Notes: a model not told the origin generated them from the letters alone. A stretch of 64,000 nt of DNA from Eledone cirrhosa (GCA_964016885.1 OZ024757.1:5208001-5272000), one strand, 5' to 3'. Positions 49,032 to 61,501 are shown, numbered from the stretch's first letter. Made by a program: numbers and translations.

Positions 49032-49350
49032 ACTAGACATGAAAAATGCGCAAGCTCAAAAGTGCCACAGAATGTTATAATAAACCTTCAAAAGTGTGGG
49101 ACTAGAGTTGTTGCTAAAAAATATTGTAATCATTATATATCGTACATTCTGTGGCATCCTTTATAAAAATAGCTTAAACCAACGAAGCCTTTATTTTTAC
49201 GCTATTTCACTTAGTTAATTCTTAGAGTGTAACATATAAAAATATGATTTACAACTATAAAATAAATTAATTAATATAATAACAGAGCTGCGGAGCTGAA
49301 ATTTAGGAAATAATGGAGTATCGGATCCTGAGTTGGAGCCAGTCAATTTT
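49032..49350 (+). repeat. Direct duplicate of the left ~320 bp of the foldback element at 49954
   Basis: Near-identical to 49954-50272; it breaks off inside the nested mini-hAT. Confidence 0.9.
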
Positions 49351-49495
49351 CAAAAATCCAGAGAGGACTTGGTTAGGGTGGTATATATATATATAGTAAT
49401 AATAAATACAAAGACACCAAAATCCATAGAGGACTTGGTTATGGTGGTATATATATATATATATATAGTAATAATAAATACAAAGACACCAAAAT

Positions 49496-49539
<44 letters not shown>

Positions 49540-49636
49540 ATAATAAATACAAAGACCCCAAAATCCAGAGAGGACTTGGTTAGGGTGGTATATATATATA
49601 TATATATGTAGTAATAATAAATACAAAGACCCCAAA

Positions 49637-49680
<44 letters not shown>

Positions 49681-49727
49681 ATAATAAATACAAAGACCCC
49701 CAAATCCAGAGAGAACTTGGTTAGGGT

Positions 49728-49779
<52 letters not shown>

Positions 49780-49833
49780 AGTAATAATAAATACAAAGAC
49801 CCCAAATCCAGAGAGGACTTGGTTAGGGTGGTA

Positions 49834-49879
<46 letters not shown>

Positions 49880-49953
49880 GTAATAGTAAATACAAAAGAC
49901 CCCAAAATCCAGAGAGGGCTTGGTGAGGGTGGTATATATATATGTATATATAT
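49351..49953. repeat. Minisatellite (aaatccagagaggacttggttagggtgg-(TA)n-gtaataataaatacaaagaccc), ~8 full or partial units
   Basis: Direct inspection; each unit has a variable (TA)n spacer. Confidence 0.92.
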
Positions 49954-50904
49954 ACTAGACATGAAAAATGCGCAAGCTCAAAAGTGCCACAGAATGTTAT
50001 AATAAACCTTCAAAAGTGTGGGACTAGAGTTGTTGCTAAAAAATATTGTAATCATTATATATCGTACATTCTGTGGCATCCTTTATAAAAATAGCTTAAA
50101 CCAACGAAGCCTTTATTTTTACGCTATTTCACTTAGTTAATTCTTAGAGTGTAACATATAAAAATATCATTTACAACTATAAAATAAATTAATTAATATA
50201 ATAACAGAGCTCCGGAGCTGAAATTTAGGAAATAATGGAGTATCGGATCCTGAGTTGGAGCCAGTCAATTTTTGGCCGACTCCGCAGCCCTGTATAATAC
50301 ATTTCATATTAAAGTTATTAATAAACCTATTTTACACTTCATGCAAATTACCACGAGATATTGATATTAGATATAAGATACAGCGCAATATCTACAGCTG
50401 TAAAAGTACGAAAGCGAAGTAATAATAAGTGGCTTAAGGTAATTCCAATATGAAAGTTTGTAGTGATAAAAATTTGATAATGCAATACGATTGTTAATAT
50501 TATAGTTCTATGAAAATGTAACAATAGATAACTAAATTATTTTACTATTAGTATATTTAAGAAATTATCATTATAGATTTGATCGTTCATATAAGCATCA
50601 TATTAAGTTTCAACACAATTATTTTGTTACTATGAGTATATGATAATAATATTACGTAATTATTTATAGCTGTTATTACATTAAACATAGATGTATTTAT
50701 TTTTATATGTTACACTCTAAGAATTAACTAAGTGAAATAGCGTAAAAATAGCGTTGGTTTAAGCTATTTTTATAAAGGATGCCACAGAATGTACGATATA
50801 TAATGATTACAATATTTTTTAGCAACAACTCTAGTCCCACACTTTTGAAGGTTTATTATAACATTCTGTGGCACTTTTGAGCTTGCGCATTTTTCATGTC
50901 TAGT
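49954..50904. mobile_element. Non-autonomous foldback/MITE with ~210-bp terminal inverted repeats
   Basis: actagacatgaaaaatgcgcaagctc…gtaacatataaaa (49954-50165) is the reverse complement of ~50700-50904. The interior is AT-rich and non-coding; the superfamily is unclear. Confidence 0.85.
50205..50292. mobile_element. 88-bp miniature hAT-like element
   Basis: Termini cagagctccggag… and …ccgactccgcagccctg (CAGGGCTGCGGAG-type TIR). The 8-bp flanks tataataa and tataatac fit a hAT target-site duplication. Confidence 0.65.
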
Positions 50905-51469
50905 TTAATATTTTTTTAAGGCAACGCTTGTAATAACTCTAGTTAAACAGGATATATATTAATAATAAATTATCGTTGTAATGTAATTAGATTATGTAAT
51001 TGTTATTATAAATTATCTTATAAATATTAGTGTAAGATGTATAAAAATATTTTCAGACTTTTAATATAAACAACTACAAAAAACAATCAATATTAAATCA
51101 ATATATTATACATAATAGAAAACATAAAATATACAATACAAAAACAAAATATTTACATACAATTGCAATTATCAGTGTATATACATTTTCTTTATATTCC
51201 CTGAGCACATTAATAAGATTTGTTTTTATTGTACATAATTTGATGACTTGTTGGAGTGTATTAAAAGATAGCAACAATTTGTGATTAAATTGTTATCTTA
51301 AGCAACTCACTTTTTAATAGTTGTTGGCTGAGCGAAATTGTAAAAGCCTATGAGCAAATATAAAAAAAAATACACAAACAACATTTCCTTGTGTTATTAC
51401 AACATTAGATAAAATAATTGAGCAATGTCGTTATATTTTGCTCTTATTGCACATTAATAGTGTTTCTAT

Positions 51470-51630
51470 TTTTCGGCACAAATCCATTACGGCAGTCCAT
51501 TACTGGTACTTTATTTTATCGAATTAGTAAGTATGAAAGTCGAAGTTAACCTCGGCAGGATTTGAACTTAGAATGCAAAGGACCATAACAATACTGCAAA
51601 GCATGGTGTCTGACGCTCTACCAATACTTG
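51470..51630 (-). mobile_element. tRNA-derived SINE
   Basis: tactggtactttattttatcga…gttaacctcggcaggatttgaact…ctctaccaatact. Confidence 0.8.
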
Positions 51631-52018
51631 TGTTGAGCTGGTCATTAATTTATGGTGGTCGTGCGTGGAGTAGAGCAATCGCTAGTTGAAATATTATGAA
51701 CAAAACATTTTTATTTGCCGAAGAACATATTTTCAATACTGTTTGTGAATGTGACGAAGGAAATACATTCTGATATGGAACAGTGTACAAAGTGTGTCTG
51801 TGAATAACATAATGTTACCTCATGTTGTTGTCAAGACATAATGGATTTCGTATATCCAGTTAGAAGATGAAACCTAGCCATCTCGGATTAGTTATATTTC
51901 ATGCCATGTGTAAACGTGTTTGAGGATAGCAAAATATGCGCGTTAATTATAATAATTAGTTAATAATATTACAAAATATACCTAATTAAACTCTTTGCTT
52001 GAAATTTTATCATTCTTC

Positions 52019-52078
<60 letters not shown>

Positions 52079-53479
52079 GGAGAGAGATTTATCTAGTCCT
52101 TCGCTCAAGATTAATCTATAAGTTTAGATGTTTGCCTTCGTTTAAGTAAATATTACAGTAAGATTTTTAATATAAACAACTACAAAAAACGATTAATATT
52201 AAAACGAAAAAATTATCAATGATAAAAGAAGCGGATGCAACTTTTTTTTTTATAAAGTTATATTCCTGTTTCTTTAAAGAACATTTCATTTTTGTTCTAT
52301 TGTAGGCGAAATAATGCAATGGTTTAATAGGGAAGATATAACTTACGAATTATGTCTCTAACCGTGTAACGCTTTTTAAGTAGATAACTACAATTGAAAA
52401 TACTAAAGAAATGGAACCAACAATTCAATTTGAAAGTCGTCTAGTGACAGTGTATTACTGGTACTTTATTTTATCGACCCCGTAACGATGAAAGGCAAAA
52501 ATGCAAATGCTTAAAATTTAAATTGCCTTAATTCTATCGTCTGCTGTTTCATTAAAGGGAGATTATCGTCTGTATTTAATTCTATCGTCTACTGTTCCAC
52601 TAAACAGATATACCTCCACTATCGTCTCTATTTATACATTTTAACTTATAACTTATACACATTTGATTTGAAATATTTTATCTAGTCCCCCCTCTCAATA
52701 TTATGATGATTTCTTTCGAATGAAACAGTTCTAGTCCTGTAGAAGCCATTTATATATATAATTGAACTGAGTTAAAAATTCACAATATTTATAATTAAAT
52801 AAGCTCATATATATATATGTGTGTATTTATCTGTTTATTGTATTATATATAATGTGTGTATATACAGGATGTCCCCCAAAAATATATACACACTTCAACA
52901 GCATTCTAATAACTATTGCCTGTACAGGTAATCAAAGTGTCAATCGAATGTTAGTTTCGTGTTTTAACAGTACAAATTTACAATACACACATAAAACCAG
53001 TGTATATACATACATGAGTGTGTATACACATACATGAATGTGTATATACAATATATATGTATATATATATAGACACATATATTCACGGTGCAACGGTACA
53101 TTAAAATATAGATGCGGGAGAGGGGGGGTGTATATATAGGGGCGCTGGGGATAAAGGAGTGTAAAGCGTGTGTAATTGATATATTGAAGGAGAGGAGCGT
53201 GCAGCGATAGAGTAACAAATATATAGAGAGGGGGAGAGATGGTATTGAAGGGGAGGAGTGCAAAGCGAAAGAGTAAGAGATATATATAGAGACGGAACAG
53301 ATAGAGAGAAACAGGCGTAAGTAACAGTGGAAGAGATATAGAGAGAGGTACTCTGATTGGTTGAAAATTAGCCAATGACATACGATCACCACCACCACGG
53401 CTATCCCCGAAAAATCTTTTAAGAAGCTAGGCATATATGTTAAGAACACGAAAAGTGAACATTCTGTTGTATCACACTT

Positions 53480-53930
53480 TTCGTGTTCTAACAGATATAT
53501 ATATATAAACATATGTAAACAATAAAAATCAAATTGAAACAATGAAAAATTCCCCAATAGGGGGGAAACCTCCGAGGGTTACACGTGGCGAAAACCACAC
53601 AAAAGACCACGGCCACCTTGACCACCAGGGCCAGCGCCCTCTCTCAAGTTTTTCCATTTCTCAAACTACAGGCGTATATTGAGAGCGTTCACTCGAACCA
53701 TTCTCAATACATTCACCCACCACTGCTAGGCCAGGGATTTTTGGAAGTTATCCATAGGCCCTGGGCTGAAAGTTCTCCGGAAGAGAGCAAACAGCTGATC
53801 TTTTTCGACGCCCAGGATTTCTCCGAGAACGTCGTCGCTCTTCCCCTCCACTAGTCCTCTATAGAACGCCGAGGTGGATGTTCCACTGATACTGGTGCCT
53901 AGCTGGCAGAGGGCAGTGAGGGCCTGGAGA
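53480..53930 (-). mobile_element. Tx1-like LINE 3' fragment (internally deleted)
   Basis: 53560-53655 is the reverse complement of 57125-57215. The upstream part encodes a GLYRGLVEGKSDDVLGEILG-like segment homologous to ~26650-26710. Confidence 0.8.
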
Positions 53931-53984
53931 CATACTTATTTCTTGATGTCAGCCCTTGTGGCCAATAAAGAAATCAATAATAAT

Positions 53985-54150
53985 TGTTTCTACGTTTGGC
54001 ACAAGGCCAGCAATTACCCAGTGTATTGCTGGTACTTTATTTTATCGACCCCGTAAGGATGAAAGGCAAAGTTAACCTCGGAGAGATTTGAACTCAGACC
54101 ATAAAGGGCCGTAACTCTTTGCTGCAAAGCATGGCGTCCGACCCTCGATA
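53985..54150 (-). mobile_element. tRNA-derived SINE, 5' end cut at the CRE-element tail
   Basis: ggcacaaggccagcaattacccagtg…ctggtactttattttatcgaccccgtaaggatgaaaggcaaagttaacctcgg…gaactcag. Confidence 0.85.
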
Positions 54151-54164
54151 ATAATAATAATAAT

Positions 54165-55650
54165 GGTAAACATACATATGCACGTAGATCCAAGTCTGAA
54201 CTCCCATTGTCATCGCCTCCATCTCTCTCGCCCTCCCCAACTCTCACTATCATGAGCAAATGGGACCCCATGCGCTGGCCGCCCATGGCTCCGGCGGACA
54301 GAATGGAGAAGGCGTTTCCCCGGAGGATGGTAAAGGAGATGCGCTGGAAAAGTCATTCCCTCTCGTGAGGCTCACACCTGCGGCACCCCAGCTCAGCGCC
54401 TATGGTGGTAGTTGAGGAGATAGCCCTAGGGCCAAAGACACCGGAGGTTTCCACTGCTAGGGGCTTGACTGCAAACCTGTTGGAGAGCAATCGATATTTG
54501 GAGAGTAGACCCTCCTCAGCCCGAAGTGCAGAAGAATCTGGGTTAGTTGCAGACTGCACCAGGTTGCCGCTGGAGAATGTGTCGCTGCATGTGGCATCCC
54601 AGGCTAGGGGTTTACCACCACGTAACTGGAAGATGGTCATGCCGTCTGGCCTTTTGCCTTCACCTCTGTCCAGCCCCACCGGCTGAAGCTAGGAGGGAAA
54701 GCCTGCAGCATCCAAGCCATGCTTTATAACCTCGTTGAGAACAGCATGGTGTGGAAGGCGGCCAGCAATGTAGTGACAGGACAGCAGGTGGAGGCTAAAA
54801 GAGTCTACGGTGGATCTGCAGCGACATTTGTGTGGATTGCACATATGGAGGCCAAGCCTCAGTGAAACCGTGATGCGCAGGCTATCATTGTCCAGCTGCG
54901 TTCCAGTAGAAAGGGAGAGTAAGGCATGGAGCCAGGAAGTGCTGTGAGATTGCAATGCCGAGCGAAAAAATGCGAGGCGGTGCTGGTCGAACTGGCGCGC
55001 TAGCCTGTCCGAGGCCATGTTGCACTGGATGGCATCCCAAATACTCTGGGGGGACATGACTTCGATAGGGGGAAAGCATAAAATCGTCTACTGGGCTGAG
55101 TCCGAGCCGGTTCCACGTCTCGCAGGCGGCCTCACATTCCTCGATCTCAGTGGGCTCCATTGTGTTTAGGAGAACCTTTTTGATGAGGATGCGGCATAAG
55201 GTTACCGACGAAAGAAACACCGGCAAAGCCAGCGAGATCGGGGGCCGGAGGCCAAGGCCACCGTATCGAATAGGTAAGATGGCCTGTTGACGTTGCATAT
55301 CTCCTTAGCTGCTGCTCGGATACAAGTGTCGGGGTCAGCAAGTACAGATGTGTGGCTGTTGCAAGGATCGCTACGAAGAATATAGAGGAGCTTCTGCATG
55401 GTGAAGCAGTTCCTCAACAGGAAGAGGGCTGGGTGGACGTCAATCATGCTCAGTCAGCTCGTGAGGATCTTGAGCTGCTGGAGCCTAGACCTGATGGCCG
55501 GCAGGTGGATCGGTGATCCGAGGTTTAGGACATCCTCTTTAGGGGACTCTTGTACCTGGAGGAGTATAGATCGCGCGTCCGAGACGATGATTGTAAAGCT
55601 CTCTGAATCGTGGTTGACACCTCCGACTTGGACGGGCTGGCCTCGAGGCC
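54165..55650 (-). mobile_element. CRE-clade retrotransposon, 3' half, same family as 22540-24470, with a (TTA)n tail
   Basis: LLRNC…KLLY.LR, LPIRYGGLGL, SLRLG…CRC…H..SC, GKRPDG…WDATCSDT, SKY, VETSGVFGP and QRIS..ILRGNA motifs. Confidence 0.88.
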
Positions 55651-55659
55651 GACTCTTAC

Positions 55660-57368
55660 CAAAGAAGGAACCACTCTGTTAAACGCAGATTTCAAGATTT
55701 TGGCCAAGGTGTTAGCAACGAGATTGGCGCTTGTTGTCGGTTATCTGGTGGGAGAGCCGCAGACATGCGCCATTCCAGACAGATCCGTCCACGACAACCT
55801 CCACCTCATGCGATACATCATAGAGAGGGTGGTTAACGAACCTGGCACGGGTGGGCCCTGATCAACTTGGATCAATCTAAGGCATTTTCTAGGGTCGACC
55901 ATCGGTACCTTGCTGCGGTCCTCAAGGCGGCCGGTTTCGAGTCCATTTTCAGGGGTTGGATCGCTGCGATGCACAGCGACGTCTTCTCAGTTATGAAGGT
56001 GAAAGGTCATCTGTCACAGCCGTTCAGAATCATGCGCTCGGTCCGCCAGGGTTGTCCACTCTCGTCGCTCTTGTACGTATTGGCCCTAGAGCCGTTACTG
56101 CACAAATTGGAGGCGATGACAGGCGTCCACGTGAACTGGGATGTAGGAGATCCGTATCGGCTTACGCCGACGACGTCACCGTGGTGGTATCAAGCACCAG
56201 TCATGTCCAGATGCTCGGCACTGCTCTCAAGGAATATGAAAGTGATAGGAGCAAAGTTAAACCAGGAATAGTCGGTGGGCTTGCAGCTCGGCACCTGGAA
56301 AGGCAAGTTCATGCCGCCCGACAGCGTCGTAGGGCGCTGGACGGAAGGACCGGTTAAATTGCTCCAGATGGAGAAAACCTGGAGCGAGGTGACGAGCAGG
56401 GTGGCCTGTCTCACCCAGAAATGGGCCGGGAGAAAGCTGTCCCTGAAAGGTCGAGCAGAGGTGGCGAACACGTTCATGGCATCCGTCATCAGCTACCGCC
56501 CCAGCCCCAACTCTGACAAAAATGGAGCGCCTCCTCTTCCGCTTTTTATGGAAGCGACGATCAGCTGTTCGCTCTATTCAAGAGAACTTTCAGCCCGGGG
56601 CCTATGGACAACTTCCAGAAATCCCTGGCCTGGCAGTGCTACCGGGAAGCGTTTTACGGTTCAAGATAAGCTCTACAGGCACGGAAGTGCCGTCAGCCGA
56701 ATCTGTCCGAGATGCGCACATGGCGACGAAACCGTTGTGCACGCACTCGTTCAGTGTCCGAGCATTGCTGACTCGTGGAGCTATGTCGAACATTTGCTGT
56801 CACGTGTAAGACGGATCCGGTTATCAGCTTGTGCAGATAGCCCCGGCGTCTTCCTTTAAAGAGGAGGAAGGGCAGGCAGTTTTCATCGCCTGGTGGCCAT
56901 GGTGAAAGAGATTGTATGGTGGACATGGTTGAAAGGATTGAAGACGGAGACTTTCCTCCTCGGCCAATCCCTGATTAACTTTTTCAAATTTCACTTGAAT
57001 TTGGAAAATCGGGATAGAGAGGCAAGTGCTGTCTTCTAGTAATTTTGTTGAAAGGTGGGAGAAAGTGGCGTGTCTGGCCGAGTGAACGGGGCTGCTCAAA
57101 GTATGCGCCTGTAGACTGAGGAGTGGAAAACTGAGAGGGCACTTGCCCTGGTTGTCAGGGTGGCCGTGGCCTTTTGGGGAGTTTTCGCCACGAGTGACCC
57201 TCGGAAGCTTCCCCCCTTTTTGGGTAATTTTTGTTGTTTGAATTTTTTTGATTTCTAGCCTGTTATAACCTGTTTACACGACCAAAACCCACTTTGTATC
57301 ATCCTGTACTGTTCTGTGTCGTCTGTAATGTTTTTCTTCATGTTAGCCCTTGTGGCCAATAAAGAATA
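55660..57368 (+). mobile_element. Tx1/L1-clade LINE, 5'-truncated and internally deleted
   Basis: TLLNADFKILAKVLATRL, DQSKAF.RV, RQGCPLS, YADD and CPRC…ETVVH…C motifs. The 3' end is cccttgtggccaataaagaat. Confidence 0.9.
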
Positions 57369-57397
57369 CATTATTATTGTTATAATTATATTACACT

Positions 57398-57580
57398 CTA
57401 GGGTGGTGGATTGGCAGTATCGGTAGAGGGAAGGACGCCATGCTTTGCAGCAAAGAGTTACGGCCCTTTATTATCTGAGTTCAAATCCTGCCGAGGTTAA
57501 CTTTGCCTTTCATCCTTCCATGGTCGATAAAATAAAGTACCAATCATGCACTGGTGTCGATCTAATCGACTTTCCCCTCT
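57398..57580 (+). mobile_element. tRNA-derived SINE (near full length)
   Basis: tggcagtatcggtag (A-box-like), gagttcaaatcc (B-box-like), gccgaggttaactttgcctttcatcc…gtcgataaaataaagtacc. Confidence 0.85.
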
Positions 57581-57629
57581 CCCAATCGGGTAGTAGAGTG
57601 GGTAATGTGTATATATATATAATGATAAT

Positions 57630-58050
57630 AATAATAACAATATATGGGAACAAAGAATCAGTATTGTATCATATACATATTTAATTACATATTACATATG
57701 TTTCACTGTTGATCAGCTCGAGGAACGAGCAAATAATGATCGATCCTGACTCTGGAATTGGAAGCTCATCTGATATATGTTCATGTGTAGACTCATTACT
57801 CTACAGTAAACAATAACTCTCTACTTGAGAGGGCCATGGTGTCCAAATCCTAATTTGAAAGACTTCGCCAGGCGGTGCTATTAAGTTAGATATGTGAACA
57901 CATATCTGAGGAGCTTCCGATTCCAGAGTCAGCATCGATCATTAATCGATCGTTCCTCGAGCTGATCGACAGTGAAACATATGTAATATGTAATTAAATA
58001 TGTATATGATGTAATACTGATTCTTTGTTCCCTATTTGTTGTTATTATTG
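57630..58050. repeat. ~160-bp inverted repeat with ~100-bp spacer (divergent pair of hammerhead-bearing pseudo-LTR-like units)
   Basis: 57646-57785 is the reverse complement of ~57895-58032 with few mismatches. Confidence 0.92.
57900..57991 (+). ncRNA. Type I hammerhead ribozyme with an expanded (~60 nt) stem II domain
   Basis: Stem I acatat/atatgt; CTGAGGA at 57906-57912; GAAA at 57974-57977; palindromic stem III ACATATGT; GTA triplet at 57983-57985. Confidence 0.65.
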
Positions 58051-59049
58051 ATACTCTGCTCCCCACGAACATCAAGTGCTCATCTTGGCATACAGGCTAC
58101 GTAAGCAATTAATTTGCACCTCTAATACCTATATATATATGGTGTTGACCTCAACTGTCGAGGTCAACACCAAGAACATAGAACAAGTTAGTTCTCCTCT
58201 GTTACTTTCACTACCACTGCTGCAGCTATAGTCAACACCACCAACTTCTATATATATGTATGTAAAGCATGTTATTTTATACCATATTCTTATTATTATC
58301 CAACTCAACTGTTATTACTTCCGTAGTATGAAGAAGCCCACGTGGCTAAAACCGGTATGATAAATTTCTTTTTTGTAAATAAATGTTTTGCTGTTATTCT
58401 ATAAAAAAATCGCATTAGCATTTTCTACTTTTTTTTATTATTATTATATATATCAACTAGAGTGTCACTTCCTAACATTCTAAATATATAAGTTAACGAG
58501 ATATCATTTAAGGTAATCCTAGTAGAGGTTATGATTACTCTGTATCGAGGATAGTTTTAACATTCGGCGTTGTTTGACTCAACAAGAAGTTTCCTTAGTT
58601 GGGTGGCCAATTCAAGACAGTTCCTCAGTAAGCGGTTCTTTGAATAATAATAGTAAATGAGTGAAGAATAACGTGGTCGGCTGTACAATAGGGTTTATTC
58701 AACGTATTAACAATTGTTTCTTTAGTCTGGTGTTGTTTAAATTCTAACAATGGAGCCTTTGTTTCTTAGAGACCAGCTTCTTTCTTCATCTGATTATTCA
58801 TACATACATGTTAGTAAAAATCTAAGTGATACTTTACAAAAACAATCTGAATGTAGCAGTAAAGATATGCAAGACTTTTCTAAAGTTCAACAAATGACAC
58901 TCACCATTTTTGTTATTTAAATTCTATCAAGAGAATTTGGTCCTTTGGTAGAAACTAGCTCCTTCTTTACTGGAAGAATTCATATAATTTTTCTAAATAG
59001 AAGACATACATACATGTATGCATACATACACACACACATGCATTGCTGT

Positions 59050-59335
59050 TGGACCTCTTTCAGTTTCGACAATGAGTGTTCCAGTTGTTTGAAGAATGGA
59101 ACAGCTTAATAATGAAATTAACAAGTGGCTGAGCATTCCTCAGACATATGCATCCTTAACATAGTCTTTAGGGAGATTCTGTGTAACATGGTTGGCCCTT
59201 TGACATACAAGCACATTTTTATTTAAGCTGAGTGGACTGGAACAACATAAAATGAAATATCTTGCTCAAGTCAATGTGTGGCCAGGTTCAAGAATCAAAA
59301 CTCCTTATTTTACAACCATGAGTCCAAAACCTTAA
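59050..59335 (-). mobile_element. Second SINE family, decayed (related copy near 62780-63040)
   Basis: agctgagtggactggaacaacat-aaatgaaat-tcttgctcaag core, shared with gagcaacatgaaataaagtgtcgtgcaaggac at ~62950. Confidence 0.6.
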
Positions 59336-59342
59336 TTATTAA

Positions 59343-59528
59343 TCCTTTAGCATTTACATTAATTACTCTATATACTATTGTATTTTCACAGTAAAATCTT
59401 TATTTTACATATTGAATCTATGAGATTTGATATTATTTATTTTGAGAACAATACCTTAACATTAGTATGGGTGGCCACTGATATGAACAGAAAGTGGGAG
59501 AATTCTGGCCGATTTAAATGCTAAAGGG
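59343..59528. mobile_element. piggyBac-type MITE (~186 bp); a second, partial copy lies at ~63500-63683
   Basis: TTAA|tcctttagcattta … taaatgctaaaggg|TTAA. The internal attgaatctatgagatttga…tttgagaacaataccttaacat is shared with 63545-63600. Confidence 0.8.
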
Positions 59529-59954
59529 TTAAGTTATGCATCTTCATACACACACACACACACACACACAAATACAGAGACATAATTAAAAACCCAAAAT
59601 AATTTACATTATAATAATCCAGCTTTATTAAAGCAATTGCACAATTATTTAGAAAAAAAAATGACTAAAAGAGTGCTTTGTGTTTTACTGGAACATGAAT
59701 GAACAATGGAAACAAAATATAAAAAAAAATATGTATAAACATGTTTTGTGTTGTGTTTTCTTAGTTGGTCCACCATATTTTTAGTGTTTTGTTTTAAAGA
59801 AAAATGATGTAAAGAAGAATAAAAAAAAGGAAAGGAACCAATTGCCAGATCTGACTGACCAAGGAAACTGTCTTCATTGGTCTTTTCAATGTTGATACTA
59901 TGTCAGTTGTAATTCCTGTTTCAACTATTGTAGAATGTCTACTAACCCTTACTC

Positions 59955-60144
59955 AGATATATATATATATACATACATACACGCACACGTATATATATAT
60001 ACACACACATATATATACACACACATATGTATATACATATATATGCACACATATATATATAAACATATATATACACACATATATATATATAAACATTTAT
60101 ATACACATATATACATATATAAACACACACATACACACACACAC

Positions 60145-60189
<45 letters not shown>

Positions 60190-60195
60190 AATATA
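59955..60195. repeat. (TA)/(CA) compound microsatellite
   Basis: Direct inspection. Confidence 0.95.
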
Positions 60196-61255
60196 CAGAT
60201 ATGAAGTGTTTGCAATTCGAAGACCAGGACAAACCAGATCAATATAGTAGTGGATGCAGATTCAGGAACAGAGTGAATATCAGAGTGTGTCTATTTATGT
60301 GTATATATGAATATATATATATGCACACATATATATATATATATATATACACACACATACCCATATAAGTGTGTGTGTGTGTGTTGTGTATGTATATATA
60401 TAACACCATCATGTTTAAGTCTGCTTTCCACATTAGTATGGCTTCTATGACTGTAGTTTCCTAACCCTGACCAACTTACATCATGTATATATGTATGTAT
60501 ATATAATATTGAAAGATTCTTTTTGTAGAATAAATTTTAACAGCTTTTATTTTTATCTTGTTTTATGCCACCAATAATAAAAATAATTATAGCATTTGTA
60601 TATTTTCCTAGTAATATAATAGCCTTGTGTATTCGTCTGTCACACAATAGAGATGGCTGATGTCGATTGAGGAAGGAAGTAGTGATTATGTCGACTGGGG
60701 AAGGAAAGGGTGTCTAATACACATACATCTATATAATGACTGATGAAGGAAGATGGGGTGAGAAACAATAGAAGTCCAGTATTCTAAGATTCGTCACAGC
60801 TGTGTTTGTATGTTTGTATCACTTGTGTGAGTGCGAGGGAAGCAAGCAAGCAACCAAACAACCAAGCAACCAACAAACACCTCTTTTTTATATTATGTAT
60901 AGATATTACAATTAGCTGTCATTTTTGACGGCCTGTGGCTAGCTAGTATAAACTAATAACTGACATTAACACAATAAGTGAATACTTCTTTTTTAAATTG
61001 TACTTTTTTTAAATATGAAAAAAAAAAAAAAAAAAAAGGAAAATAGCCAATTGTCAGACCAAACCAACAAATCAATGTTTCCATTGATGAAACTATCTGA
61101 ACGTTACAATTCCTGGCAGGAGGAAGTAGGATTTCAACTCAAGACTGCAACAGAGCTAGGTCACATGCGGCAAAATATTCTATCTGATTATTTAACAAAT
61201 TCTACCGAATCCCTGCCCACTGGACTGGTACTTTATTTTTATTGACTTCAAAAGG

Positions 61256-61501
61256 GCATGTGGTTAGAATATTTCAGGAAAGAATCATTAGACAGATATT
61301 ACAAGCAAAACCAACCAGCAGGAGACCCAGAGGTAGATCCCACAAGCAAGATGGGTGGATAACATCCATGAGATTGGTTGGTCTCACTTGGGGATCCTGC
61401 CGAATTAGGTGGAGATGGTTGCTTCTGACAGGACCCACTGGAAGGTGTGTTTGCAGACTCTGCCTCCAAGACCCTCTCAGATATGAGTGGGTGAAGAAGA
61501 A
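61256..61501 (+). mobile_element. RTE-type LINE 3' fragment inserted into a SINE, with a 12-bp target-site duplication
   Basis: GHVVRI…RQIL…RPRGR…WMDNI and a (GAA)n tail. Flanks are gacttcaaaagg (61244-61255) and gacttctaaagg (61502-61513); the SINE core continues on both sides. Confidence 0.75.

Noticed and set aside
49351-49953. CRISPR-like repeat-spacer array or telomeric array
   Set aside because: The spacers are just (TA)n, there are no cas genes, and the context is eukaryotic. TTAGGG occurs only once per unit.
57398-57500. tRNA gene
   Set aside because: The A/B-box-like motifs belong to the SINE head and no cloverleaf forms.
53480-57580. One large composite inverted-repeat element (Tx1 and SINE on both sides)
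   Set aside because: The order of Tx1 and SINE pieces is not mirror-symmetric and the copies are diverged. Independent insertions explain it.
58141-58171. Hairpin ggtgttgacctc-aactgtc-gaggtcaacacc as a terminator or Helitron end
   Set aside because: It is an isolated palindrome with no supporting element structure, and intrinsic terminators are not relevant in this eukaryotic context.
59900-60433. YI/HT/VC-rich ORFs and a possible micro-exon near 60199-60290
   Set aside because: These are microsatellite translations, and I could not build a consistent exon chain.
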